From positions 1 to 63,267 of the forward strand of contig RFHI01000055.1 of the NCBI GenBank assembly GCA_003696425.1: a stretch of DNA of 63,267 nucleotides, given 5' to 3'. The position numbers were made by a program, and so were the translations under genes. Below the pieces are notes generated by a model. It worked only from the letters and a program-made list of their open reading frames with translations, was not told where the DNA came from and searched no databases. This document shows positions 7,770 through 16,897 of this stretch, piece after piece; the stretch's first letter is position 1, and each line of letters opens with the position of its first letter. Origin of the DNA: Candidatus Dadabacteria bacterium (lineage in GTDB: Bacteria > Bdellovibrionota_C > UBA2361 > J046).

Positions 7770-9077
7770 TTATGCCCTCTCGATTACTCTGCTCAGTTCG
7801 CGCGCAAGCTGTATCGAGCTGTTCCATGAGGCAACCTCAGGATAAACCTGGGGTGTTGTACAAAGATAGAAATGCCCCGGTAAAAGCTCAAAAACAGGCT
7901 TTTGCTCCAGAAAACCGGTGGAAAAGAGTGGCTCTACAAACGGCGCTTTAAAACAAAAGCTCTCTTTTATTTTCGATGACTGCCCGGCCAAAAAATGCCT
8001 GACAAATGCGTCAGAAAATTCATCCCTGGTACTCTCTGTATTGCGACGATATTGCTCACTGTTCCTGTGACAATAGTACATAAGATGTACAGGGTATTCA
8101 CCGGCCAGATCATCGATATCAATCAGAGCCGAGAGATTCACAATACCCTGAAAGGGTAACTGCTCCTCAGGCGTAGCTGTCCAGTAACCCAGTTTGAGCG
8201 GCTCTTTAAGAAAGATAACTGTATTAATTACACCGGCATAATCAATTGAGCGGTATTTTTCAAGTCCACCTGCGACCTTATCATCTCTAACAATATCAAA
8301 AAGAAGCGGCAGCGGACAGGTTGCAACCACAGCGTCAAAGATAAAACTTCCCTCCGGCACAATAACCTCAAGAGCACCGTTATCAGCAGCACTTACCCCT
8401 GAGACCGGCTGATCGCTTAAAAGCGTGGCGCCTCTGGCTTTGCAGGCTTGAGAGAGAGCAGCAACGATCCTTCTGTATCCACCCCTTATATAGCCTTTTA
8501 CCTCTTTTTTTGCCCCTTTTTCACGGTTAAAACGGGCCCAGAACCAGAGCGCCGGAACGCCGTCAGCAGCGCCACCAAATTTGGCTGCAAGCAGCGGTCT
8601 GAAAAATTTCTGATATGTCTCGTTTCCACAAACAGGTATAATCCACTCTCTAAATGTAATTCGGTCAAGATTTTTGCCGCTGTGTAAAGTAGTATAAATT
8701 CCACTTGCCCCCAGCCTCAAGCGTCCTAAAAAAGATAGCGGTTTAAACTTAAGTAAATCACTGGCAGTATTAAGCGGATAAATCTGTCCTTGATGATAAT
8801 ACCCAAACTGACTCTCTTTCCAGTAAACCTCACGCTCTAATTTAAGCTCAGAAAGCAGTTTCAGCAGCGAGTCATCTGTGGGGAGCATACAGTGATAAAA
8901 TTTTTCAAAATAATTCCCGTTAAACTCAAACTGGCTACCAAGTCCGCCAAATTCACTGCTGGCCTCGTAAAGTGTAACCTTTTTTTCAGCACGCGCCAGA
9001 TAGTAGGCCAATGCAAGCCCACTTATACCTCCTCCGACTATAGCTATCTTACCTGCCAAACGCTTTTCCCCGTGCAA
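7770..9077 (-). CDS. FAD/NAD(P)-dependent oxidoreductase (amine oxidase/HemY/CrtI superfamily)
   Basis: 435 aa with an N-terminal dinucleotide fold (KIAIVGGGISGLALAYYLA...YEASSEFGG). It overlaps the upstream GT2 gene by 29 nt and abuts the deacetylase gene. Confidence 0.75.
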   Translation of the reverse strand: MHGEKRLAGKIAIVGGGISGLALAYYLARAEKKVTLYEASSEFGGLGSQFEFNGNYFEKFYHCMLPTDDSLLKLLSELKLEREVYWKESQFGYYHQGQIYPLNTASDLLKFKPLSFLGRLRLGASGIYTTLHSGKNLDRITFREWIIPVCGNETYQKFFRPLLAAKFGGAADGVPALWFWARFNREKGAKKEVKGYIRGGYRRIVAALSQACKARGATLLSDQPVSGVSAADNGALEVIVPEGSFIFDAVVATCPLPLLFDIVRDDKVAGGLEKYRSIDYAGVINTVIFLKEPLKLGYWTATPEEQLPFQGIVNLSALIDIDDLAGEYPVHLMYYCHRNSEQYRRNTESTRDEFSDAFVRHFLAGQSSKIKESFCFKAPFVEPLFSTGFLEQKPVFELLPGHFYLCTTPQVYPEVASWNSSIQLARELSRVIERA

Positions 9078-9783
9078 TTAGTTTAAGATACCGAAAAACC
9101 GTCGTAAAAACCGGCATTTTGCTCTCTCCCTGTTTTAAATCGTAACGCAAAACAAGTGGAACTTCAGTAGCGTTAAGCCCTGCTGCTCTCAGTATCAACA
9201 ACAGCTCAAGCATCGATTCAAAGCCGCGTGAGAGTTTAAATTCATCCAGGCCGCGGCTTTTCAGGGCGTCTTTTAATCTTTTAATTGAATAAGCTCTAAA
9301 GCCGGATGAGTAATCTTTTACTCCCTTATAAGGAAAGGAAAGCCGTAAGAGCCAGCTGGCGCCATTACTTAAAATTCTGCGGTAAAACGGCACTCCTATA
9401 ACCTGTGCTCCCTTTACAAAGCGGCTGGCAATCGCAAGATCATAGCCCGATTGAATTGCCTTTTCCAGCTCAGGAATATGACAGGGATCATGCGTATTAT
9501 CTGAGTCCATAATTACCATTATTCCCTGATAGTTTTTAAGAATATGTTTGATTCCGGTATTAAGTGCTGCGCCAAGTCCCTGATTTACAGGATGCTTTAA
9601 GATCTCAAGTTGCAAATGGTCCTTAAAAGCCTCGGCCACTTCTATAGTGCTATCACTTGAGCCATCATCAACCAGTACCACCTGAAGTGGGGTGAGAAAA
9701 CCACTCTGTTTTTCAAAAAGAGCCTTTAACAGCTCCGGTAAGTCCTGCTCTTCATTATATGCGGGAAGCATTACTACAGGCAT
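9049..9783 (-). CDS. family-2 glycosyltransferase, polyprenyl-phosphate sugar synthase-like (DPM1/ArnC/GtrB-type)
   Basis: 244 aa. PAYNEE...VLVDDGSSDST...VIMDSDNTHDP...ASRF....DYSSGFRAY is the typical GT2 Dpm1/ArnC pattern. Confidence 0.8.
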   Translation of the reverse strand: MPVVMLPAYNEEQDLPELLKALFEKQSGFLTPLQVVLVDDGSSDSTIEVAEAFKDHLQLEILKHPVNQGLGAALNTGIKHILKNYQGIMVIMDSDNTHDPCHIPELEKAIQSGYDLAIASRFVKGAQVIGVPFYRRILSNGASWLLRLSFPYKGVKDYSSGFRAYSIKRLKDALKSRGLDEFKLSRGFESMLELLLILRAAGLNATEVPLVLRYDLKQGESKMPVFTTVFRYLKLIARGKAFGR

Positions 9784-9789
9784 GGCAAA

Positions 9790-11364
9790 TTAACCTTTAC
9801 GTTTATTAAGATCATAAAGATAATAGTTATTGGCAGAATAAACTAAAAGGTCCATAAGCGTATAGCGCATTCTGTCAGTTAAATAGTATCTCGCTGAATA
9901 TTTTTCTTTTAAGCTGAAAAGCTCCTGTTTACTTAAATTTCGTTGATTTTTCCTTAATTCTGCTACTGCTCTATAGCCGCGGTGTTTAAATTCCATACCG
10001 CGGTTTATATCCTGCAGGCGCTTAAGCCACTCGTTAATCCGTCCGTCAAGCGGGGCCTGTCTGAACGAAACCACCTGGGCACGCTCAGAGCGCATCCAGA
10101 AATCAGAATACGATGGAGTAATAAAGATGCTGTCAGCTGGAGTATTTTTTCTAATCCAGGCATACATTGCGCCACGTCCGGCATGATCAGGCGGATCTTC
10201 AGTTAAATAATGATACTCGCGAACAATCCGAGCAGGAAGAGACTTAATTGTGTTATAGTAATTTTCATACAGTGCAACCTCTATATGGGCTGCAATAATA
10301 ACGAATGCCAAAAAAATTGTAGAGGGCTTTTTGTATGCAGCCGCAGAAAATAAAAAGCTGAGCGTAAAAACAAAAAATAAAAACGGCATTATTTCAGTGG
10401 CAAAGCGAAAGGGATAAAGTTTTAAAATAAAGAAAAGCTCAAAATAACGCGCGATAAGTCCGACAACAAATGAAAGCGTAATTGCGGCAATGACTCCCTG
10501 TAAATAGCGCCTTTTAAATTGATCTCCGGCACAAATCAGAGACACTGAAAAAAATGAGCAAATTATAAAGCCCCAAATCCTTATAAAATCATCTGTATCG
10601 ATAAAATCATATGGATCAGTAAAGTGTGGGACACGAAACATCACGTATATTTTATCAAAATTTCCGGCTGTGCCGGCAACCCCCTGTGACCATGCACATA
10701 TTAACAGAAACGGCATACTGATTAAGCCGGAAATTAAAATATACTTTATTAACTCAGCTCTTCCTGTTTTCTTAACATTTAAAAGGTAGCCAGAGCCTAA
10801 GGTAAATATTGTCCAGATACCAACAATCGGATGAATTAGTATAACCAGGCCGGAAAGCATGGCTGCCTGAACAGTCTTTTTATTAAGCGCCATAACAGCT
10901 GCCATGAAAAAGAAGGGGTAAGCCAGTGCCTTGGGCTCAAAAGATGAAACTATTTTGCTGTCAGCCATAGTAGACTGGCCGGAGAGAATCCACAAAATGA
11001 TTGCAAGGACAAAAGTAATATAGCGCCTGCCGGTAGCTTCGCAGAACAAAACCAGAGTGTAAGAGAGCAGCGCCCAGCAAAATAAGCGGCCCAGCATTAT
11101 AATTTGCCTGTATCCAAACCAGTGCCAGAGCGGCGCTACAAGGTGATCAAACAACCAGGAGGTGGGAGAGAGATGCCGCCAGATAAAATCATGCTTTAAA
11201 AAATCAGGATCAAAAATACGCCGTGAACCTAAAAGATAGGTATATTCATGCCCGTGTGGCTCAGTTTGCCAGCATAGAAACAAAAAAACAAAGAAAATTA
11301 TAATTACAGCAGCAGCTGAAAAGTATGGCCGCATATTGGGATGTTCAGACTCAACTTTTTGCAT
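9790..11364 (-). CDS. polytopic membrane protein, putative GT-C-type (ArnT-like) glycosyltransferase
   Basis: 524 aa with more than 10 predicted TM helices followed by a roughly 170-aa soluble C-terminal domain. It is the first gene of the operon with the GT2 and NodB deacetylase genes. The GT-C assignment is contextual only. Confidence 0.45.
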   Translation of the reverse strand: MQKVESEHPNMRPYFSAAAVIIIFFVFLFLCWQTEPHGHEYTYLLGSRRIFDPDFLKHDFIWRHLSPTSWLFDHLVAPLWHWFGYRQIIMLGRLFCWALLSYTLVLFCEATGRRYITFVLAIILWILSGQSTMADSKIVSSFEPKALAYPFFFMAAVMALNKKTVQAAMLSGLVILIHPIVGIWTIFTLGSGYLLNVKKTGRAELIKYILISGLISMPFLLICAWSQGVAGTAGNFDKIYVMFRVPHFTDPYDFIDTDDFIRIWGFIICSFFSVSLICAGDQFKRRYLQGVIAAITLSFVVGLIARYFELFFILKLYPFRFATEIMPFLFFVFTLSFLFSAAAYKKPSTIFLAFVIIAAHIEVALYENYYNTIKSLPARIVREYHYLTEDPPDHAGRGAMYAWIRKNTPADSIFITPSYSDFWMRSERAQVVSFRQAPLDGRINEWLKRLQDINRGMEFKHRGYRAVAELRKNQRNLSKQELFSLKEKYSARYYLTDRMRYTLMDLLVYSANNYYLYDLNKRKG

Positions 11365-11478
11365 AGGATGGTTTAAATCAGTAATTTAACGAAAAAGTCA
11401 GTAACTGCTGCAACTTACCGGCCTAAATAAATCTACTGGAATATCAAGTCTCTGCAAGCATAGCACGATATTTATTTT

Positions 11479-12756
11479 ATGGACTATGTACATTCTCAGC
11501 CGGTAGCTTTGTTTGTCATCGGCACACGCCCTGAAGCTATTAAGCTGGCGCCGCTAATATACGAACTAAAAAAACCTGATTCTACAATCAGACCTGTTAT
11601 TGTATCGACCGGTCAGCATAGAAGCATGCTCTTAGAGACACTGTCGGTACTCGGCTGTGATGTTGATTACGATCTCGCTATTATGCGCCCCCGTCAAACT
11701 CTGGAACACATTACCACTGAGGTTATTCAAGCTCTTCCAAAAATTTTTAAAGCAACAATCCCCCGCGCCGTGATAGTTCAGGGAGATACCACTTCAGCAT
11801 TTGCAGCAGCACTTTCAGCGTTTTACAATAATATACCTCTTTACCATGTTGAAGCCGGGCTGAGGACAGGCAATCTGAAGGCTCCTTACCCGGAAGAAGC
11901 CAATAGAGCTCTTATTGCCAGAGTGGCTAATCTTCATTTTGCCCCAACAGAAAAGGCAAAACACAACCTGCTGGCTGAAAATATAAATCCCGAGCTTATT
12001 CACGTAACGGGCAACACCATTATTGATGCTTTTAAACTTTTCGCCAGTCTGCCTGTTCCGGAATTTAATTCGGCTTTAAAAAAAGTTCTGCATTCAGGCA
12101 AAAAAATTGTACTGGTTACCTGCCACAGACGCGAAACTACCGGCCTGGCACAACGCCGGATTGCACGTGCGCTGGCTGAGCTTGCTGACAGCCATAAACA
12201 TGTTGAAATTATCTTTCCGCTTCACAAAAATCCCGCTGTACGCGAAAACTTTTGTTCTGAACTTAAAAACTGTTCGCGTGTCCATCTGATCGATCCACTA
12301 CCATACCATCAACTCGTGCATGTAATTAAATCATCATATCTGATTCTCACTGATTCAGGCGGCATTCAAGAGGAGGCCTGCGCTTGTGGCGTGCCGACCG
12401 GCATATTAAGGGAAGAAACAGAACGTACGGAAGGTATTAAGGCTGGTGTAGCATGCAGGCTGGGCACAGATCCACATCAGATAATAAGCTGGTGTGAATC
12501 TTTACTCAAGTCACCGGAAAAATATGCCAGATACAATAAAAGTTCTAACTGTTACGGTGACGGATTGGCAGCAAAGCGAATCATTTCAATTATATTGCAG
12601 CAGCCAGAATTCAACCCTGCTTCTGAAACTGAAATTGTCCTGACAGATTACAGGTTTGATTTGCCGCAATACCGAGCTGGCCAGGAAGATCACAGAAAAG
12701 AACAAGAAAGTAACGAAGTCCAAGCCGAAACGTCTGATAGACTTATTAGCCATTGA
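11479..12756 (+). CDS. wecB: UDP-N-acetylglucosamine 2-epimerase (non-hydrolysing) with C-terminal extension
   Basis: 425 aa. IGTRPEAIKLAPL, VQGDTTS, HVEAGLRT, PEEANR and SGGIQEEA are canonical WecB/MnaA motifs. About 55 extra C-terminal residues. Confidence 0.85.
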   Translation: MDYVHSQPVALFVIGTRPEAIKLAPLIYELKKPDSTIRPVIVSTGQHRSMLLETLSVLGCDVDYDLAIMRPRQTLEHITTEVIQALPKIFKATIPRAVIVQGDTTSAFAAALSAFYNNIPLYHVEAGLRTGNLKAPYPEEANRALIARVANLHFAPTEKAKHNLLAENINPELIHVTGNTIIDAFKLFASLPVPEFNSALKKVLHSGKKIVLVTCHRRETTGLAQRRIARALAELADSHKHVEIIFPLHKNPAVRENFCSELKNCSRVHLIDPLPYHQLVHVIKSSYLILTDSGGIQEEACACGVPTGILREETERTEGIKAGVACRLGTDPHQIISWCESLLKSPEKYARYNKSSNCYGDGLAAKRIISIILQQPEFNPASETEIVLTDYRFDLPQYRAGQEDHRKEQESNEVQAETSDRLISH

Positions 12757-12793
12757 CACTTTCAGATGGCAAATGACAGTAACAGCTGCTGAG

Positions 12794-13207
12794 CTATTGA
12801 CTGCCATAAAACAACTCTCGCAATGACTTAGCCCTTAATCGCCCTGCTGTACGTGAAGCGTGTAAGATACTCCCTTTTTTAATACGCTCAGGAATTTTTT
12901 TCGGGTTAAAATCCCCTCTGCCAACCCAGCCTACAATCAGTGGGCACGATTTTTGATATTCCTTTAAAATTGTAGCGAGCTCTTGTTGGAGGATCTCCTT
13001 TGATACTTTTGCTCTCATTTCTCCGGAAGCCACCCTGAGACCAACATCGTACGAAGTCTGCTTAAGAACCGGCTGCCGGTCTTCAGAGCTAATGGATTTT
13101 TCAGTTACAACAATTTTTACTGAACCAAGCAGCCTTGAAACGCACTTTTCATTCAGTCCGGCACTTGCTGCTACTTTTCTAAGCTCAGAGCTGTTAAATA
13201 ACTTCAT
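12794..13207 (-). CDS. hypothetical protein
   Basis: 137-aa ORF convergent with wecB. No motif recognised. Confidence 0.45.
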   Translation of the reverse strand: MKLFNSSELRKVAASAGLNEKCVSRLLGSVKIVVTEKSISSEDRQPVLKQTSYDVGLRVASGEMRAKVSKEILQQELATILKEYQKSCPLIVGWVGRGDFNPKKIPERIKKGSILHASRTAGRLRAKSLRELFYGSQ

Positions 13208-13429
13208 AATTGAAATTAAACCCTATCCTGCAAAAGCTCTCAAACCCGCAGGGCCGCTAGAGCTTATCCAAGTAAACGGCGTACTTGCACTATCAATACT
13301 TGAGAAAACAGTGCCATTCTTTACATTACTAATGGAAAAATCAGCCGCCAGGCATTATTTGCCGGCTGCAGGCCAAGCAACCCGTCAATTATGACCAATA
13401 ATTATAGGGAGATACAGTTTAAGCCCCTG

Positions 13430-13689
13430 TGGCATCAGCTTTGCTTCTGCTAAAGGCGACGGTACAGTTTTGACCAGTACTTAATGCTGGCATATTGCCG
13501 GGGCCTCCTTGACCACACGCACACACAGCCCACTTTCCCGGCCACTTGTATGCCAGCCAGAGTAGCGAGGGAAAATACTGTACTGCAGGTTGGATAGCTG
13601 AAAGGTTATCCGTTCATCTGCTGATAATAGCGAGGTAGATGATTTATCCTCAGCCGGTTAGTTTCAGAAAAGAAACTAGCCGGTTTTTT
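13430..13689 (+). ncRNA. candidate structured small RNA ending in an intrinsic terminator
   Basis: Non-coding stretch between divergent genes. An extended imperfect hairpin includes gctggcat 13486-13493 pairing with atgccagc 13550-13557, and gccggg 13497-13502 pairing with cccggc 13537-13542. Further out, gtacagtttt pairs with aaaatactgtac and tcagct with agctga. A second hairpin pairs tcatct with agatga (13614-13642). A strong terminator follows. The 5' end is not defined. Confidence 0.35.
13653..13689 (+). terminator. rho-independent terminator
   Basis: gccggttagtttc-agaaaa-gaaactagccgg forms a 12-bp stem (one G-U pair) with a 6-nt loop, followed by TTTTTT. There is no plus-strand CDS upstream. 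Confidence 0.8.
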
Positions 13690-13791
13690 ATTGACCGCAA
13701 ACATACTTAATTATTAAACCAAGAAACTGTAAAAATTTTTTTCAAAATATTAATTTTTTATCGGCCTGTTCTTTTATGTTATAAATAAACT

Positions 13792-14586
13792 ATGCCGGCT
13801 TTCCTTAGATATCTTACCTGTGTTGGAGTGCTCTTTCTGACTCCTTTTACTGCTTTAGCTGACTGGAACATTCACTGGAAAAAACTGGCGGATGATATGG
13901 AGATTGCTCAGCTTCAAATAAGTTCCACGCCACTTCTTTCAACACAGGTTACTTTAATTAGAACTCAACTGAAACGCTACAAACTGCGGGTAATATATTC
14001 TAAAAAATACGGCCGCAGCCGTAGTACTGTTAAAGAGCTGGCATTACAAAGTAACGCGCTGGTAGCAATAAATGCCAGCTTTTTTGACGAATACGGTAAA
14101 GCACTTGGTGTGGTAATAAGTAACGGCAGAATGTTAAACCGACTACACCGTGGAGGCAGTACATTAACGGGGATTCTGGCTGTCAGTAATAACTCAGTTG
14201 AAATAATTAGACGCGACTATTTCAACCCTATCAATGTAATCGAAGCTGTACAGGCCGGGCCACTACTGATTGAAAAGGGTAGGGCTGTAAAAGGATTAAG
14301 AAATGCTGACGAGCTCTCCAGAAGATCTGCAGTATGCATAGATGAGAAAAACAGATTTTTATTGATTTTTGTATCCTCTAATTTTGTTGGTGCTTCATTT
14401 AAGCAGCTTCAGCAGATTGCGCTAAACAACAACGTTCAATGCCGTACTGCCCTGAATCTTGATGGCGGAGGTTCGGCTCAGCTGTATGTCAGTAAAAAAC
14501 TTCCCGGAGCAGCTCGGGGTATTCGTGAAATATCAGTACCGGGGCGTGACCCTGTTCCGGTAGTACTCGGATTGTTTTTAAGATAG
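13792..14586 (+). CDS. phosphodiester glycosidase family protein (DUF2233/NAGPA-like), secreted
   Basis: 264 aa with a signal peptide. INASFFDEYGKALGVVISNG and LNLDGGGSAQL are typical of this family. Confidence 0.7.
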   Translation: MPAFLRYLTCVGVLFLTPFTALADWNIHWKKLADDMEIAQLQISSTPLLSTQVTLIRTQLKRYKLRVIYSKKYGRSRSTVKELALQSNALVAINASFFDEYGKALGVVISNGRMLNRLHRGGSTLTGILAVSNNSVEIIRRDYFNPINVIEAVQAGPLLIEKGRAVKGLRNADELSRRSAVCIDEKNRFLLIFVSSNFVGASFKQLQQIALNNNVQCRTALNLDGGGSAQLYVSKKLPGAARGIREISVPGRDPVPVVLGLFLR

Positions 14587-14766
14587 CCTCACAGATCGCG
14601 TTGGCAATAAGATATCAACTTCACTTACCAGACTAGTCACAATTTATCCACAGTATGCAAACATCCTGTGTGAATAATAAACTTATGAACTTTCTCTATC
14701 GAATCTTTGTTTAACAGGCAAATTCTGATAACAATATACAAGTTAATTACTGTTAAATACCGGGTA

Positions 14767-15309
14767 ATGAATAGCGAAACTTTCAGATCGCGCGTTTCAG
14801 CGCTCATAAAAAAAAGTCGTAAAGCACTAAGGCTTTACAGTTCAATGGGCCGGTTGCAGTCTCATGAGCACAGTGAACTTAGTGAAATGCAAATCCGCGA
14901 ATGGCAGGAAGTAAACTCGGAGCTCTCAGAACAGTTATCCTCAGCATTGGAAAGCCGTTATACCAGAAGGCTTGCTTCGAATGTGTTCCTGTTGAGGGAT
15001 CGTTTTTACAGCCGCTGGCGTGAGACAGAAGCAGAGGCACATCTTAAACAGCGTGAACTGATCTCAGCTTCAGAAAAAGGTGAATTTATTAAGGCAACCT
15101 TACTGGGGAGAGAGCTGGTAGTACTTAAAGCGCGCAAACAGGCCTGTCAGGCAGCTCATAATGAACTGCAGGAACTTATAGAGCGAAGTAAGCTTACGCC
15201 GCCACAAGTTCAGCATCAGGAAGATTCTGGAAAACAGCAAAAGGATAAAGGTAAGCCGGTAAAATCAGCAGTAGTTATCCCGCTCAGAAGAAAGGATGGC
15301 AGCAGCTGA
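14767..15309 (+). CDS. hypothetical coiled-coil protein
   Basis: The track ORF starts at TTG 14707. ATG 14767 (MNSETF) is the more plausible start. Charged helical sequence with no motif recognised. Confidence 0.45.
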   Translation: MNSETFRSRVSALIKKSRKALRLYSSMGRLQSHEHSELSEMQIREWQEVNSELSEQLSSALESRYTRRLASNVFLLRDRFYSRWRETEAEAHLKQRELISASEKGEFIKATLLGRELVVLKARKQACQAAHNELQELIERSKLTPPQVQHQEDSGKQQKDKGKPVKSAVVIPLRRKDGSS

Positions 15310-15416
15310 AATTCTGAGCAGGAAAATTTTTTTACTGAAAACTTGCTTTTTTAGTTTAAATAGCTTAAAGCTAATAAAAGTTTACGGACGAACCGGTTAA
15401 AGCAAGCAGTTTAAAA

Positions 15417-15638
15417 ATGGGAAAAATTATTGATATACGTAATTATCTGAAGGAATCCAATCCGGAAGTTATAAGACAGCGTGCAATAGCGCGCGCGCTC
15501 CTGACCCAGGCTGCTCATATCCTTGAAGATCTCGGTGGTCGTGACGAAAGAATTGCCTGGGTACTGGAGGATTGTTCCGAACTTCTAGCTAACCGCAAGA
15601 AAATAAACCTGCTAAAAAAGTGGGATCTTGAGCAGTAA
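15417..15638 (+). CDS. hypothetical small protein (73 aa)
   Basis: ORF only; no motif recognised. Confidence 0.35.
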   Translation: MGKIIDIRNYLKESNPEVIRQRAIARALLTQAAHILEDLGGRDERIAWVLEDCSELLANRKKINLLKKWDLEQ

Positions 15639-15676
15639 TAAACTAACTGTAATTTTTAAGATAATCACAACCAAAA

Positions 15677-16216
15677 TCAACCTATCTGCGCTAAAACTCT
15701 AACAGGTGCTCCTGTAAACGCTGACACAACCGGCACTGGCCCGGGACCAAATGTTCTGTCAATCAGAGTAGCCCAGCACAGAACCGGAATGCCCCGTAAA
15801 GTTGCTTTGGTGTGAGCTTCAAGACTGGATCTGGCGGTAGTAATTACATCTGTTACAAGAATAGCATTTTTACCTTTATACGTTTCACCGTGACCATTTG
15901 AAAGTTTCTCTTCCACATACTGCTCAAGCGGAATTTCATCTACACCCGGCAAAAGCTCGGCATACACCGCAGAAAGCCGTTCGGCAAAAAAAGTGTATCC
16001 TCCAGGCAGTTTAAGAAACACTTCTGGCTTTTGTGGACTCAGCACATTTATAATCCGATAGGCCACATACTCGGCACATGCATTTAAATCTGAATCTGTC
16101 AGGTCTTCCACTCGATAATACGTGTGACTTTCACATCGTGCGCCAATTGGAATGGGTTCATCATAAGTTTCTGTAATCTTGGCAAAAATCTCATTAATCT
16201 CTTCTACTGTTATCAT
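15677..16216 (-). CDS. phosphoribosyltransferase-fold protein
   Basis: 179 aa. KNAILVTDVITTARS matches the PRPP-binding loop (hydrophobic-hydrophobic-D-D-x-x-T-T-G-x-T type). Confidence 0.6.
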   Translation of the reverse strand: MITVEEINEIFAKITETYDEPIPIGARCESHTYYRVEDLTDSDLNACAEYVAYRIINVLSPQKPEVFLKLPGGYTFFAERLSAVYAELLPGVDEIPLEQYVEEKLSNGHGETYKGKNAILVTDVITTARSSLEAHTKATLRGIPVLCWATLIDRTFGPGPVPVVSAFTGAPVRVLAQIG

Positions 16217-16371
16217 GGGAGCGCTCCTGTACGCACACGATTACATCCGGTTTAGACCCCTAAGTAACTTATGTCAGAGTTTACTTAACTATTTTTCGGG
16301 GATAACTATTTATATACGATTAAGCCTCCAATAGGAACACGAATGATCTTGAAAAACTCCAATAATTCAAG

Positions 16372-16758
16372 CTACTGCAAACCGGCCCGCGCAGCGCTGA
16401 TAGCTTTTGAAAACGGAGACTTACTGTTAACAGCCTTAGCATAATAGGCGTCTATAGCACTGACCAGCCGATCAGGTGCTGGCGCTGAAGAGGAATAAAG
16501 CCTCCTGATACTCTCGAGAGATTCAATCGCTCTGTCAGGATTTTCTCTTATATATTCGGTTGTTATCTCGGTAACCCTGGCTGCATCCCGCCAGCCCTGA
16601 AGGTATCCGGCAACAAAGTGGCGTTTGGCTTCCTGATCCATTAACTTCCATATGGGCAAAAACGGTTTTTCAGAATTTTCCGCTCTCAGCCCACTGCGGG
16701 CAAGTCCACATGTAACAACACATCCAATAAAAAACACAACTAATTTGATTTTACTCAT
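16372..16758 (-). CDS. small secreted protein, unknown function
   Basis: 128 aa with an N-terminal signal-like segment (VVFFIGCVVTCGLARSG). Confidence 0.45.
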   Translation of the reverse strand: MSKIKLVVFFIGCVVTCGLARSGLRAENSEKPFLPIWKLMDQEAKRHFVAGYLQGWRDAARVTEITTEYIRENPDRAIESLESIRRLYSSSAPAPDRLVSAIDAYYAKAVNSKSPFSKAISAARAGLQ

Positions 16759-16897
16759 ACTATTAATTCCGTTAAATTTTTTTGGCTATAACTATATTAC
16801 GGTCTTAAGATACTGGCAATTTTTTTGCCAGCAGCATTCAGTTATACTAAAAGTGTAGCTTAACGGCGAATTGCATAAGAACACAGAAGATGGGCTA

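Noticed and set aside
13092-13394. 100-aa plus-strand ORF spanning the start of the 12794..13207 gene and the intergenic region
   Set aside because: It overlaps the 5' end of the opposite-strand gene, has no RBS or motif, and has hydrophobic low-complexity content. The region is better explained as a promoter plus an sRNA candidate.
13596-13645. TPP-riboswitch-like string (gctgaaaggttatccgttcatctgctgataatagcgaggtagatga)
   Set aside because: The resemblance to CUGAGA...ACCUGAUCUGGAUAAUGCCAGCG is only superficial. The UGAGA and pyrophosphate-sensor blocks are not intact, and the downstream gene is not thiamine-related.
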